In this document: in pieces, positions 1 to 14,250 of the stretch
How the letters are laid out: each line of letters starts with the position of its first letter
Position numbering within the stretch: position 1 is the first letter of the stretch
Origin: Fimicolochytrium jonesii
Lineage: Eukaryota
Direction: 5' to 3'
Length of the DNA: 64,000 nt
NCBI RefSeq assembly: GCF_025526975.1
Contig: NW_026515681.1
Span: forward strand, 124,001-188,000
Translations under genes and position numbers: made by a program
The notes under the pieces: generated by a model
The model's database searches: none
Seen by the model: only the letters and a program-made list of their open reading frames with translations
Told to the model about the DNA's origin: nothing

Positions 1-3
1 GAC

Positions 4-75
4 GGGGATTTAGATCAGTGGCAGATCGTCTGCTTTGCATGCAGAAGGCCAGCGGTTCAATCCCGCTAATCTCCA
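4..75 (+). tRNA. tRNA-Ala (anticodon TGC)
   Basis: 72-nt cloverleaf: acceptor GGGGATT/AATCTCC with the G3:U70 Ala identity pair, D-stem GATC/GATC, anticodon stem TCTGC/GCAGA around TT-TGC-AT, T-arm AGCGG-TTCAATC-CCGCT; no encoded CCA. Confidence 0.95.
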
Positions 76-92
76 GTAACCACGCGTAAGAA

Positions 93-106
93 TTTTTCTC
101 CTTTTT
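93..106 (+). terminator. Pol III oligo-T terminator of the tRNA gene
   Basis: Two T5 runs (93-97, 102-106) just downstream of the tRNA. Confidence 0.6.
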
Positions 107-831
107 ATGTTCGCCGTTCCCAAAAGTTCTTTCTTGCTTTTGCTTTCCATCCTTCACCACAAAAAAACCCCTCCGTGCAGTGCAACTCTTTTCTTCGCGC
201 TGGCTCTATGGTCTTAGCCTCGCAGCCAACTAAGAGCTCTCACCTTTGATAACTCTCAACTGCCAAACTTTTTGCAGGCCAACTGGGGTATGGGCGAGGC
301 CAGACTGATTGTTCCTGACGTCTGATGAGAGGCGTTCTGCCGTCGCCGTCGCCGTCGCCATCGCCAATCTCAGCCAAGAACGGCGAGCTCAAGGTTGGTA
401 AATTTTGGTCCCGAGCGGAGCGTGTTGTTGTTGTAGTAGGTTAGTTGCCCAAATAGTCGTGCACATGGGTGTCGTTTTAGTCAAAAAAGGATGTCGTTCT
501 AGCAACTCCCTATAGATGAACGCGTGAGTCACCGCATCTCTCTCCATCCATCACCCTTCGCATCTCTCTCCCTTCGCGTCTGCACTAGATCCAGCTGGAC
601 CTGCCATGCATAACCGCAATGGACAGCCTCCACAGCCCTCGACACTCAAACTCACACCAGGTGAACTCAAGCCAGCAACCGGACGCTGTTTAGACTGTGG
701 TGGCCTCTACTCCCCCCGGACTATCGTATTTCCTACGTTAACTCACCGTCAGCCTTCGTTTGACGTCCGTGCTGAGCATCTTGGACAATTTCCCCACGGC
801 CTATACTGCATTCTGTAACGATATTTAGACA

Positions 832-3523
832 ATGGCTTTGACGTCCGCTTTCCGGCACAGGAGCCTGCAACGGGCGGTTCGGTGCGGAAAGGTGAGTAAA
901 TGGAGTTTCTCGTGGCACGATCTTCGGTCATCGTCCCTACACCGCATTCACTGACTTGGCCTCCACCCACTTTCCCAGAGCTCAATTTCCTCGTCACTCG
1001 TCCACACACAATATGGCAAAAGACTCCTGGCTTCCGTAGCACCTACGCAAGATGGCGCCTCCACCCAGCACGACCCCCGACTTCCATCTTATTCAAGTCT
1101 TCTGAGCAACCTACAAAGCGTACGACAACGTCTGAACCTAACCAAGCCTTTGACGCTCTCAGAAAAGATTCTATACGGCCACCTAAACCAAAGCGATGCG
1201 GAAAAGAGCGACCCAATAGTCAGAGGCAGCTCCTACCTCAAGCTCTCGCCCGACCGCGTAGCGATGCAAGACGCTAGCGCGCAAATGGCCTTACTCCAGT
1301 TCATGCTAGCCAAACGCGCAACAACCGCCGTACCATCAAGCATCCACTGCGACCACCTCATCGAGGCCTTCCAAGGCGGCGACGAGGACGTCAAGCGGTC
1401 CATCATCACCAACAAGGAGATCTTTGACTTTTTGAAGTCTGCGGCGGAAAAGTATGGGATTGCGTTTTGGGGGCCTGGGAGTGGGATTATTCATCAGATC
1501 GTTTTGGAGAATTATGCGGCGCCGGGGATTCTGATGCTGGGGACGGATTCTCATACCCCGAACGCTGGTGGATTGGGATGTCTGGCTATCGGAGTGGGTG
1601 GTGCCGACGCTGTGGATGCGATGGCGGGCATTCCATGGGAATTGAAGGCGCCGAAGATCATGGGGGTCCGATTGACGGGGAAACTTGACGGCTGGACGGC
1701 TCCCAAAGACGTGATCTTGCAGCTTGCGGGACTGCTGACCGTGCAAGGCGCGACAAACCATATCATTGAGTACTTTGGCCCGGGGACCGAGACGCTCAGC
1801 TGCACGGGAATGGCGACCATTTGCAATATGGGGGCTGAAGTTGGGGCTACCACCTCTACTTTCCCGTATTCGCGTTCGATGGCTGACTATCTGCGTGCCA
1901 CTGGACGGCCGCATGTGGCGGATGCGGCGGCTAAGGCGGCGGCAGCGGGGTTCCTGAAGGCGGATGCCGGTGCGGAGTATGATCGTGTGATTGAGATTGA
2001 TCTTTCGAAGCTGGAGCCTCACATCAACGGTCCTTTCACACCTGGTATGTGCCAACAAGCCGCACATGTACTCACACCTCGACGATCGTACTAATGCACA
2101 GTTCCTCTGATGTACAGATGCAGCGACACCCATCTCACAGTTCAAATCCCTCGTCGTTCAACAAGGATGGAAAGACGAGATCAAAGTTGGGCTGATAGGT
2201 TCTTGCACAAACAGTTCTTACGAAGACATGCAGAGAGCGGCAGAAGTAGCCCGACAGGCTCTTGCGAGCGGCGTCAAGAATAGCAAGTCGGCTCTGCTTA
2301 TTACTCCTGGATCAGAGCAAATCCGAGCGACGATCGAGAGGGATGGCGTTGACAAGACGTTGACGGAAGTCGGTGGGCAGGTTCTTGCGAACGCTTGCGG
2401 GCCGTGTATCGGGCAGTGGAAGAGGACGGACGCAAAGTCAACTGACGGGGGGGTGCAGACGGCGACCTCCGGCAAAGATGGCAAAAGGGAAGCCAATGCC
2501 ATCCTAACGTCGTTCAACCGCAACTTCCGATCCCGCAACGACGGTAACCCAAACACCATGAACTTCATCGCCTCCCCCGAGATCGTCACAGCCATGGCCA
2601 TCGCAGGCCGCCTCTCCTTCAACCCCCTCACCGACTCTTTGCCAACACCCGCCGGCACCTCCTTCAAATTCGCACCCCCATCCAATACCGACATCCACCC
2701 CTTACCACCCTTGGGTTTCGCCCCCGGCCGCGCCGAATACTCCCCACCTCCGCTCCAAATCCGCGCCGACCCAGCAACCCAAATCTCCATCGACTCAACC
2801 TCCACCCGCCTGCAGATCCTCGAACCCTTCGCACCCTGGGACGGCAAGGATCTACAAGACCTCCGCGTCCTCGTCAAAGTCGTCGGGAAATGCACAACGG
2901 ACCATATCAGCGCAGCCGGTGCGTGGCTCAAATACAAGGGCCATCTCGATAACATCGCCAATAACACCTTGATCGGGGCCACCAACGCCGTCGCCTTCCC
3001 CACGGATCCCACTAAATCCACAGTCAATTTAGCGTATAATACTTTGACAAAAACCCACGACACGATCCCCGCCGTCGCGCGCGCCTATAAACAATCCCAA
3101 ATCCCCTGGTGCATCATCGCCGACTCGAACTACGGCGAAGGCTCCGCCCGCGAACACGCCGCCCTCCAACCGCGCTATCTCGGGTGCACGCTCATCATCG
3201 CGCGCAGCTTTGCGCGGATCCACGAGACCAATCTCAAGAAACAGGGAGTTATACCTTTAGTCTTCAAGAACCCCGCTGACTACGACAAGATAGCGCCGGC
3301 AGCTTTGGGGCCGTGTGAGGTTAGGGTGAGGACGAGGGGGTTGGACAGTTTGGCGAAGGGAGATGTGGACGCACCGGTGGAGATTGGGGTTAGGCATAGA
3401 AAGGTGGGGGAGGAGACGTGGGGGAAGGAGGTTTGGGTGGCGGTTGGGCATAGCTTTAGTGGGGGGCAGGTTAGGTGGGTTGGGGCGGGAAGTGCGTTGA
3501 ATTTGATTGCACAGGGGCAGTAG
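832..3523 (+). CDS. ACO2: Mitochondrial aconitase family protein, ACO2/AcoB-like (3 exons; introns ~892-978 and ~2045-2118)
   Basis: Motifs [78 protein letters not shown]; Arg-rich presequence-like exon 1 splices in frame. Confidence 0.9.
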
Positions 3524-5078
3524 AGGATTGTGCACATAGTTCCGTAGCTACACTTCTTCCTTGTCATATATTTATCCTTGTACATGCCAAATGATCATCT
3601 CGGAAAGGGCGCTCGAAAGTCCGGAGTGATTTGGAACGCACTTCTGGAAGGGGTTGTTTGCTCGTGGGTGCCCCTGACAGCGCCTCGCTTACATATGTAC
3701 AAGATTGACAGGGGACATAAGGGGGCTTCTTCCCCTCTTCTTTCCCCCCTCGTCCCCCGTGGCTATCCACTATCCACTCCACCAATAGACTTTCTTACAA
3801 GATCGGCTTCCCGTCCTTCTGCATCCACTTGCCCCCACAACCTCCACCCCACCCCACAATCTTCACCACTCGTCAACGCGCAAGTTTGGACAACGCACCT
3901 CCCCCCCACCCCCACCCAAGGCCGACCTCGCCGCAGTCCAAGCTGGAATCCAGGCAGCCATCGAGCAAATCCAAGCAGGTCCCTACCCCTAATCCAAGCA
4001 GTAGGGCGGCTCCAAGTAAAGTATATACTGTCTATACCGTTCAGGCGCCGCTGATTGCCTCAAAGTTGCTTCGGGCGAGGGATGCTGGGAAGCGAGACGT
4101 GGCTGGGGGTGATCGAGCCTCACGGAAAATCCGGAACCACCTCTCGTTCTCCCACCAATGCCAGAGGGAGGGTCATGGACGTGATTGGACGACATGGTGG
4201 TATATCCTTTCAGCTTCCAGGGAGAGTACCTGTTTCGGGTGCGAGAAGGACAGGCGGACGTACGAGTACGGGAAAGGGTATCACGGACTGGATTGAAGTC
4301 AGACGGGTCGTGTGTGTCCTGGTCGATGTTCTCAACGACGCGGACGGGGAACAAGGCGTTCCGATTTTAGGAAATGGAAGATGCATCGGTGTGGATGGAA
4401 GCCCCTACTGGAAGCCGGAAAAGCGAATCTGGTTTCCACGCCCGACGTGGGGCCACACGAGACGTTGCGTTTGACTTCTCGAGGCAAAAGCATCGTGTTG
4501 TTCAACCTGACGGTGGTTTGGCACACACACGCCGGGTGACGACAAAAATCACAACGGCAGGAAAGCGAATTGAGCACCGCAGCCTCTTTGAATGCCACCC
4601 GCCTCGCCCAAAGCTATGTCGCTCCCTGTTATGCGGCCTTTCGGAGCTGGCGACTATCCAGCTAACTGTCGCTTGCCGGGATAACGTTTCTGTGGTTCTG
4701 AAAAGGAGCCGCGTGTTCGACCTCCTGTGGAGCGAAGACAGGATGGAGCTGGCGAGCGGAGTAAGAATCTCACGCGACTGTCGGGTGAAGCTGTCGAATG
4801 AACCGTGCGCATACGACTCTCAATGAGCGCACCGGCTTCATCTGGGTAGTGGGGTCGGGAGGTGCCGGCGGCGGGTCCGTAAATGAAGACAATTGGCAGG
4901 ATAAAGGTCGAGACAAGGAAGAAAGAACCGCCATCCAACAGGTCGAGGAGCGGGAAACCCGGGCCGCTGTTCGTCGCCGCCGCCAGCGCCAGTGCGAGAC
5001 TACCGCCGCCGCCGCTTTCGTCGGTCCCACCCTCGCTGCCTCCACCACCACGACCACCACCACCAACAACGGTGCCGC

Positions 5079-6273
5079 TGCCGCTGCCGAGGCCACCTCC
5101 GTAGCCGCACATCCCCCCGCCGTCTACGCCCCCGACCTCTCCACCATTCCAGGCATTGACGCCTATCTCCGCACCTCCCTCCCATGGGTCCTAGGCTCCC
5201 CCCCCCCCCCCCCCCCCCCCTCGCGAAAAGTACAACACCTTTGCGCCCCCCCCCCCCCCCCCCCCCCGGACGAGGAGCCCACCATCGAAACCGAGGGCAG
5301 CGGCGACAGTATTATCAGCGTGTCCGTCAATTTGCAAAGTATGCGACGTTTGAAGAGTTTCCAACCAAAGAAGAGTTTGCGCGCCTCACACGACTTGAGC
5401 GGACCGTCCTCGACGAGTTATGGGCTCTGTCTGCTTCCTCTCCAGGATGAACCGCTTGCGTACAGCCTTGCGGTGGACGCAATGCCATATTTAGGTGAGT
5501 TATGTCCTGTATATTTATCCCCCCCCCCCCCCCCCCCCCCCCGGCGGCTTCCTCTTTTGTCTAATCATGGTCCGCACCTGCCTCATCACAGGTGCCTATT
5601 GTGAGCTCTCACGCCTCTATGAGCGCCGTGGAATGCGGCTGTTTTCGGCTATCCCGCTGCGCAATCTCGAATCCAGTCATCTGTTCGGATCGACACGAGG
5701 ATCCTAGGCACTCATATCCTGGGCTTGAGCCAAAGTCGCATGGAGAAATTCACCAATGAACGCAAGCAGGAGCTGTGGGGGCAGTTTCTCAATGTGAATG
5801 TAAGTCTGTATCGTTTTGCGCTTATTTCAATCACCTCGCTGAATGACGGATTGTAGGACAAGGTCTTCAAGCGTCGAAAGAAGCTTGGTCTCAAGTTTGA
5901 TGGATCAATCTCCACCATTGCTGGCATTGACGCCTATCTCCGCACCCTCCCGCCCGTGGGTCCACCGCTCCCCGCCGGCGAAAAGTACAATCCCCTTGCG
6001 GCCCTGCTGCATCCCCTCCCGGACGAGGAGCCCACCATCGAGCTGGGCAAGGTGTGGTGTTGCCGCTGCCGAGGCCACCTCTGCGGCCGCACATACCCCC
6101 GCCATCTCCGCCCCTGACCTCTCCACCATTGCAGGCATTGACGCCTATCTCCGCACCCTCCCCCCATGGGTCCTACGCTCTCCCCCGGCGAAATGTACAA
6201 TGCCCTTGCGGCCCTGCTGCATCCCCTTCCCGACGAGGAGCCCACCATCGAGCTGGGCAAGGTGTGGTGTTGC
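5079..6273 (+). repeat. ~210-bp direct repeat (units ~5079-5289, partial ~5908-6060, ~6061-6273) interrupted by a Fanzor fragment
   Basis: Recurring blocks CTCCACCATTNCNGGCATTGACGCCTATCTCCGCACC and GACGAGGAGCCCACCATCGA. Confidence 0.8.
5297..5907 (+). pseudogene. Internal fragment (copy C) of the Fanzor1 element
   Basis: Homologous to copy B exons 2-4 (QYYQRVRQFAKYATFEEFPTKEEFARLTRLERTVLDELWAL...GAYCELSRLYERRGMRLFSAIPLR...DKVFKRRKKLGLKFDGS) with frameshifts; retains introns 2 (5495-5591) and 3. Confidence 0.9.
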
Positions 6274-9200
6274 CCTAGGCGGAGGCTGCAGTGAAAGCCA
6301 AGAAGGACGCCGAGCAACGTTGCTCAACTGCTCGCAGACCTTATCACGAACAACGCGGCGGACTTGGCGGAGATCGCAGACGCACGGAACGGGGCTGCTG
6401 CTATGGCGTGGTGGTCTCAAAAGTGACAAGAACCTGGCACAGTTCTGTCATTGGTAGAATGGCGGCCATCCTGAAACCTGAAGTATACCAGGAGACCAGT
6501 ATCTCCAGTGCATGTCACCGCTAGCGTTAGCAGCCACATTCTCAACGGCTGGGAAAGGTTGGAAGATGTACTGCTCGACATCAGGCGCCTTGGGTACGAA
6601 TCATGGATAGAGGAGCTCCATGGATAGAGAGCGCGCTTCCTACGTGCTAACTCGAAGTTGGAGGAATGGTACAGCAGTCAAATTGGTCAACGTGAAATCA
6701 ATGGCTTGAAAGTGAGTTGATTGCGTCCGAACAGCAGAACAATGAGCCAGTCGTGCAAAATTCCTTAGAAAGACCCCTGATTGCGGAAAGGCCAGCCGAA
6801 TCTTGGACTGGCTTCGATTGGGCTGACAATGTGGGCCTGGACCCACCCACGAGCACCGCCCCAGCATGGCTAGCCCTTCCCGCCGCAGCGCCAGCATCGC
6901 AGTAGCTACCAGGGCAGTGGAGACAATCTGGAAAGTTGCGGCCGTCCATTCGCAGCCGTGGAGGCACTCACCGGGGGAAAAGAACCACTGAGAGTGCCAA
7001 CTGGTACCTCCTTTCGACTCCACGGCCAGATGCTCTGGATGAGCGGGAGCAGGTACTTGGCGAACACGCCGCAAATATGGGATGTTGGGAGGAGAGCTCT
7101 GTGCGTCGGTACAGCTGGCTATCCTGACTGAGCGGCAGGGATCATCCAGATCGCATTCAAATGAGGAGGGACCGCTAGATCGTGAACAAAGCTCCTTTGG
7201 GAATCATCTACTCTGCCGCGGGAAAGTATGTTAGCGCAGGTTGGGAAACGGTGCTACTACAAGCAGAAGCGGACGTCAAAGCGGAGGAATCCGTCGTCAA
7301 AGCCACACGCCTCCTCCTCAACGGAAAGCCGGAATTGCGGGGAGACGAGGGACTCCTCGCTCGGCTTGGCGTCGCTCGGCCGCCAGGCTTCTCATTGCTA
7401 GAAAATTGAACGAGTGCTGGGAATGTCCCTGCGCAGCCCATGGATGAAATATTGTGGGGCTTTGGGCTCTGAAGAACACCACGCGAATCCGTACAGCGAT
7501 TCTCCGAATTCCGGAATTTGTGGCCCCGGCCTTGCGAAGTCCGAGAGACATTCTGGAACAAAGCACCGGTGAAAGCTTGCGCGACGGGCAGAAGTTCCGG
7601 GCTGGATAGAAACCCGGGGATGGTGGCCGCCGGAAACCCCATCTTTGGAGGAATACTGTTGAAGATTATCTATCTGGCCTGCGAGCGGAATAATACCTGC
7701 AGAGTATTGCCGTTAGTTTCTGCCACACATACCGCACAAACCAACGACGCGGAGCCGCAGATCCACGGATGCGAAGGTTATTTTCGGTTCACAGTATTAG
7801 GGTGGCATCCAACCTGTCGAGATTGACGTGCCATAGATATCGACGCCGGACATTATGGTCGGACGGGCGTTGCGGGAAGCAAGCTCTGATAGCAACGGAT
7901 CAGACATTAAGTAGTTGCGGTTCCTCACACGCTCAGTTCAGCACGCTTACTGAATGAAAGTATGCTTCCTGGACATACGTAGGACGCGGGCACTACGACG
8001 GAGGCAGAGCATTCAACCCTGTGGCATGGCTTGATGATGGCTCACCGCAGTGCACCAGCCGCATCGCACCCGCGATTCGTGAACGAGAGACTCGTCGGAG
8101 TCTCCGTTCGTATAGCCATCAACCCGCAAAGACGTTTCGCGGCTGGATGCTGCGAGGCCAGGTTTGTTTCCTTTGCCACACCCAACTTCGGATGGCTTTT
8201 CCCTTCTGAACGCCGTGCGACCAACTGAATCAGCGGATATGGGACGAACGTACAGGATGGATGCACAATGAGTTGGTCTTGCAGGGACATTCGCGTGAGG
8301 CAGTTGGCATGGCTTGCAGCACCGGGCATGGGTACCAAACTCACGGTGTTGCAAGCCGTGTCATCTGCGCTAAGGGGAGATACGGGCTGGAAAGCCTTGA
8401 TGGTCGCTGTTATGGAGGGGAGCGCTGGATTTCCGCGGGTGCCTTTCCCACGACCACCGACCTGCCCGCGGGAGTTGATACATGTGAGTGGGTTTGGGCG
8501 GAAGCGGAGTAGTAGGCCCAGGAAGCGGGGCCGGATGTGGCGGCCTTTCTGTTGGAACTCGTCAAGTTGGAGGTTTCAACTCCGAGGATACCTTCGAACT
8601 CTCAGACCCCTGTCGCGTGGCGGATCGATAGCCGGATTGTCAGTAATATCGTGCAGGCTATGACGGCCGTTTCTACAACTCGGAGAGAGGATCCATGCAC
8701 CGCAATTACACACAACCTGGTGCCGCATCTATCGCATGTTCTGTCCTTGATCCGGAGGCAATGGCGAAGGCCTCGGAGGCAGCCAAAAATTAGAGAGAGG
8801 AACAAGGAAAGAGAGGAGAAGCTGTCGTGCCTGCAACCGGGTGATCCGGAGCGTGATGTCCTCCGCCCCATCAGCACCAACGAGGATCTCCACGAGAATA
8901 CGAACGCTTCGATGAGTTTCTTTTCGCTGAAAACCAGATCACTACGACGGTTGATGTTTCGTTTCGGGTCATTCCCTGGCGCAATCAAGCAGTTCTTGAT
9001 TTCGTTGGTCGAGTCGAGTCCCTGGAAAGTTTAGCGGATTTGCCAAAAATCTCTGCCGAGGCCGCTCTATTGTATCCTTCAGTTAACCATAGTCTGTCCG
9101 CAGATGGGTGTTACCACCCGAAAGCAGGCAGCTGTAGCCGAGGATGCGTTTACAACTTTACACCCAAACGGCTCAAGCAGTGCGAGAAAGACGATTTTTG

Positions 9201-11477
9201 GGGATTGTCTCGTCAGGTTTGAAGTCATTTCTTCGCGTTACGTCAGCGGTAACGCGTTGCGCGTTCTTCCCTTCTGAAAGAAGATCAGGACACCATAGTA
9301 GGCGCAGAAACGCCCGCAGATTCACGCCTTTTCCTCACTCCACAGGAGCCCTTGGGCATTGCGAGATTGCCAAGTCCCAAACTGACTCCGAACTGACTCC
9401 CAACAGCACGGGGAGACCTCCCTAGCCATCACACGCCCCTCTTGAGTGTGCCTAATGGCCTCTCTGGGCTGGACTAGACGTGGTACACAACCATCAACAC
9501 CTTCCAGGGTGACGTCTGCACCAGCCAATCCAGTTAATTCCCACCACCTCCTCTATCCTCCACCACTCATCTAGATTCAGCAACACCGCCAACCCTGCCA
9601 CAGGTGAACACCTGTTCCCTCCTGTTCCCTCTCGCCCTCGGGGGAAGCCCTTGACCGTAGAGGAAAATAATATGGTTGTCTGAATGGCGAGATTCCTTTA
9701 CCTTCATGCAGAAGACATGGGGGATGAATAGCAGAACTTTTACAATAGGCAACATTTTGCAATGCTTTCTTTTTTACTGAATAGACAGATTGTTGGAACC
9801 GGACTTGACACTCTTACTTTGTTATGATTGTCTGGCTGGTTGACAAAAAGAACCTTGTAGAAAAAGAAGTCGGCGCTGGAAAATGCCGTCAACCAGTTTC
9901 TTGGCTCCTATGTCCACGCCCGTCCAGTCGCGCTAACTATGCTGTCTCGATCTATAATACGCGTGATGGGAGTGGGGAACTACTTGGACGCAGTGCTGTT
10001 CGCATTGCTTGGAGATATCTAGGGGCAACAAGGCACGAGGCGTCAATCCGGTCCTTGGTATGAAGCGCAACTGACACTGGTCGGGTCAGAAGGGGACCAG
10101 CACATGAGCGGCTTCGAGGTCTGATGGGCTAAACGAATAACAGAATAGCATCGGAAAACAAGTTGGAACTCAACGGACGGGTTTGATCACGGATCCTGAG
10201 CATCATCATATGAGTTTGAGAACGGAAAATGCCAACCTGTTATGTGCGGTTGCCCGATTCGCAGCTTTGACGGAGCACTGCACGGAAGTAAAGACTCCGT
10301 CAGTCTTAGGAGGATGCCGTCGTCAGTTCCGAGTATAAGGAGAGCAGGTGTCCAGAGAGCCCTTTGAGTCTCCAATTATACTACATTTACAACAACAACT
10401 CGTCCTCGAAATGTACACGGACTCCAAGTCACTACCGACATTACACGCTCTGCGTCGTGCCCCTCGCCGCCTCGTTCGCTTCGGTCATTGAAGTCGGAGA
10501 TCGGCGAAATAGACAAAGAGGTGCCGCCTTCCTGGAAGGCAAAGAAGCAACGCTGGGGGTCACTATCCGGTTCCACCGTCTCCAATCTCAAGATTCCTGC
10601 CGGCGGCTGTGCCAATTTCTCAGAACACGGGTCCGGACGGGATAGCATCTGCCATCGTCAACCGTGGAGGGATCGAAAGGATGAAGAGAAAGATAAAAAA
10701 GAAGTAAATAAGCTTATTCAATCAATGAGACGTGGAAACTCCCAATAACGCATCCTAAATCAGGGATTATTTTGGTAGCACATCTCGAATGGTGGTAGGT
10801 TGCGAGATTTTTAGAGAAATAAGCTATAGATAAGCGTTTCATAAGGAAAAGAAAATATGAAAGACGCTCTCTTGAGTTTGAGTAAATTGTGGGCCTCATT
10901 CCTTGACAACGAGAAGGCAAGAATAGGTCGGAGATAAGTTGTGCGTAACGAAGAGGCTCTTCATTTTGGAAATCAACGGTAGCTCGATACCTCAGATAGT
11001 GCTTTGGTGGAGCGGCCACGCCCTCACACCACCCACCTATTCCGAGTTTAGACATACTATCCTCAGAGATCCCATCATAGACAAATGGTACTGCTGCATT
11101 CACTTGCGCTGCTGCAAACACCATATAAGAAGCGTTGTCCGAATGGGGTCGCGACGGTGTGCGTTACGCGTTTGAAGCGGGGGAACCTCGCTAATGGAGT
11201 GCACAGCCACCTCACACCCCGAGAGACCTCGTCCGTCTCGCTCCGTCCTGGTGCTTTTCCCCATCCCCGTTCCCAGAACTGCCGCCGATACTCCACTGGA
11301 GGAACAACTGCTCTCAAGACAGCTCTTCGCCGCACGTTAACCGTCTTCTCGGGCACCCGCTCTCTTCGCTCATCTCTGTCGTTTCCCGGTGACGGCGGGG
11401 CAAACGGAAACGGCACACTTTCTCACCTTCGAGGTTTCGCGTCACACTTCCCGTAATCTCTGGTCGGCTGGGAAACA

Positions 11478-13708
11478 ATGTTCTACACAGACGTCCTTCT
11501 GTCAAAGAAGGGTCCGCTGGCCAAGATTTGGCTGGCTGCCCATATGGAACGCAAGTTGAGCAAGACACAATTCCTGCAGGCCAACCTCCCGGCGTCTATC
11601 GGTAAGCACCGCCCGCCGCAGAGCTTAACCTTTTGGCTGCGTTTCTCACGCTAATACTCTCCCGCTTCTCTATCAGATACTATCATCCAGACAGGGGAGG
11701 AACCGATGGCTTTGCGTCTATCTGGTCAGCTCCTACTCGGAGTAACACGTATCTATTCTCGCAAAGCACGATATCTCTTGGAGGACTGCAATGAAGCCTT
11801 CGTGAAGATTCGCCTGGCGTTCAAGCCGGGCATGGTCGACATGGCTGGCGATCACGCTGTTGCAAACGTCAATGCAATCACATTGAACGATGCGATGACG
11901 GATTACGGAATGCTGCTGCCGGAACCTTCGTTCGATCTGAACATGTTCATGCAACCCAACGCTCAAACCGGCACATCACAGTCCATGTCACGTACGCAGG
12001 ACATCACGCTTGCAGAGCCTAGCCAAACGTCATTCCGCGCAGCGCACGAGGAGCTGCAGGATATGTTTGGCATTGATCTGTCTACCTCCCACGTGGACCC
12101 GAACGCAGCGGACGATGGCTGGAATCTAGATCTGGGGTTCGGCGAGCCTGAGAGGCCGGCAGGTGCGACTATGCCATCCATCTCGGACGCCTCTATGCCC
12201 ATGTCCAGCAGCAACTTCGACGAATCGCTGGAGGTTGAGCGTGGTCGTGATGCGGTTGCCGAGCGCCCGTTCTCGCCGCGACGCGATAGCATCTCACTTG
12301 ACCAGTCCTACACTAAGGACCCGTCGGCGATGGACATTCCTGAGCCATCATTCGATTTGGCGGCGGCTGGCGATTTGTTGGGTGGAGGTGGGCCCATGCA
12401 GATGGATCTTGATACGGCGCTCCTTGACGACCAGCTGCCATTCCCGGATGTTGAGCTCCCTGAAGTTCATCAGTCGGCGGCGGGAGCGACCGATGATGTC
12501 ACGAACAGTTTGCAAATCGAGACGATTGCGCCTGTGGACTTGAATGAGGAGCAGGACGAGAATGCCATTGCAAAGTCAAAGAAGGCGCAAGCGAAGAAGC
12601 GAAAGCTGATCATTGACTCGCAGACGGAGATTCCTTCGGAACTCATTCAGCAACAGCTTCGTGACACTTCTGACATTCTCGGAGTGGTATGTACTGAATA
12701 CATTTACTCGGCGCTTTTCACTGCGATATTCGCTCGCTTTCTTTTTGGCTAGTCCCACTCACTTTCTTGCCCGCGCACTTACAGGAACGCTATGTGCCCA
12801 ACTCACGCAAGATGCAGCAACTCCTCGACATTCGCAAACAGGGTGCCTCGTACTTTATCGCTCGCGCCACGTTTGACTACATGCCCGCGGAACTCCACAT
12901 GCTGTTCCGCAACAAATGGAGGGACTTCACTGCGCCGGAGTTCTCGGCGGATGCGGAGTCCCCGGCGAAGAAGCGCAGGGCATTGAAGGATGTTAGCGAG
13001 AAGGAGAATGTGGCTGGTTTGCTCAATGGTGAGTTACGCAGTTTACGCTGAAATGTTATGGACCAGCCTGGGTTTCCTCAAATCAGCAGAGTTGAATTTA
13101 TGAATTTCTGTTCCACCTTCAAAGAAACATCAGCGTTTAACGATCAAAACCAAGAAGAATACCAGTTCGGCAATCTTGACCTTCCCGACATTTCTGCCGC
13201 GCCCATGGACCCAACCCTTTCGCTCGGCGGCGGGGGCATGGACTCCTCCACCATCGCAACAGGCAACACCTTCCCCAGCGCCGCACTCCAACCCGAAGAA
13301 GAAGAAATCGAGGGCGAACCCTCCAACAAGCGTCGCAAAACCGCTCCCTCCTCCCCCTCCGCCTCCACCACCTTCCTCCCCGACGACCTCACAAACACGC
13401 TCACCTCCCTCGTCGACGAATCCCTCATCGCCCCCGACGAAGACGACACCGCCAACAACCCACAAGGCTTCAGCCGTAGCACAGTCGCGACCGTGCGAGA
13501 CATCCAGTCCCGTGTCCCCCGCAACGAGGCAGGGACGACGACGCTGAGTTATAATGCGATAACTGCTGGTGCCGGGAGGACGGAGGCTGCGCGGCTGTTT
13601 TTTGAGCTGTTGGTGTTGGGGACGAGGGATATGGTGGGCGTTAGGCAGGAGAGGGCCTATGGGGATGTGGAGGTTAGGGCGAAGGAGGCGTTGTGGGGGG
13701 CTGTTTAG
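11478..13708 (+). CDS. RAD21: Cohesin kleisin subunit Rad21/Scc1/Mcd1 (multi-exon)
   Basis: N-terminus [57 protein letters not shown]-terminal winged helix [31 protein letters not shown]. Confidence 0.95.
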
Positions 13709-14250
13709 TGGAGGGGTGTTGGCACTGGAGAGTGAGGAAGGAGAAGAAAGGAGGGAAAGCAAGGGAAATGGATGCTGGGATGGGGTGGGATGGGTTTATG
13801 TCAACAGTGGGAGCTGGAAGAGCAACTATCGACATGTTTACGATTCCCCTGTGTCTGTCTACGGACACAGGATTTCGAGCCGGAAAGATGTTTCGCGCAG
13901 GAATTGGAAGCTTATCAACGTTATCACCCACACGAAGAATCATGCCGGCACAACAACTCATGGACGTTAATGGAGGCGTTCAAATGTTCTACCTCACGTA
14001 GTAGGCAAAATCAAATAGCTTAAGCGGTGTTGCTTTCAACTTTCTTGTTTTGTTTTATGTACTATAATGAACATTTGGAAAAATACATATGGATTTTGAA
14101 GCTTGAAGATGCGGGGATGTGTCGTTGAGGCGAGCGGAGTGGGGAAGGGGGACGGCTGACGCGGCTTTCGGACAACGCGTCCGCGGCATTGCGCGCAGGT
14201 GTGAGCGGAACGGAGAACGACCAACTCCGCCCACGGTGCACCACCCAACC

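Noticed and set aside
3560..5070. Several 120-160-aa ORFs
   Set aside because: No recognisable motifs or coherent exon structure.
6280..11200. Possible decayed or multi-exon genes (e.g. 8537-9034 plus, 10714-11124 minus)
   Set aside because: Protein-like patches are present, but I could not assemble a consistent model or assign a family; needs a homology search.
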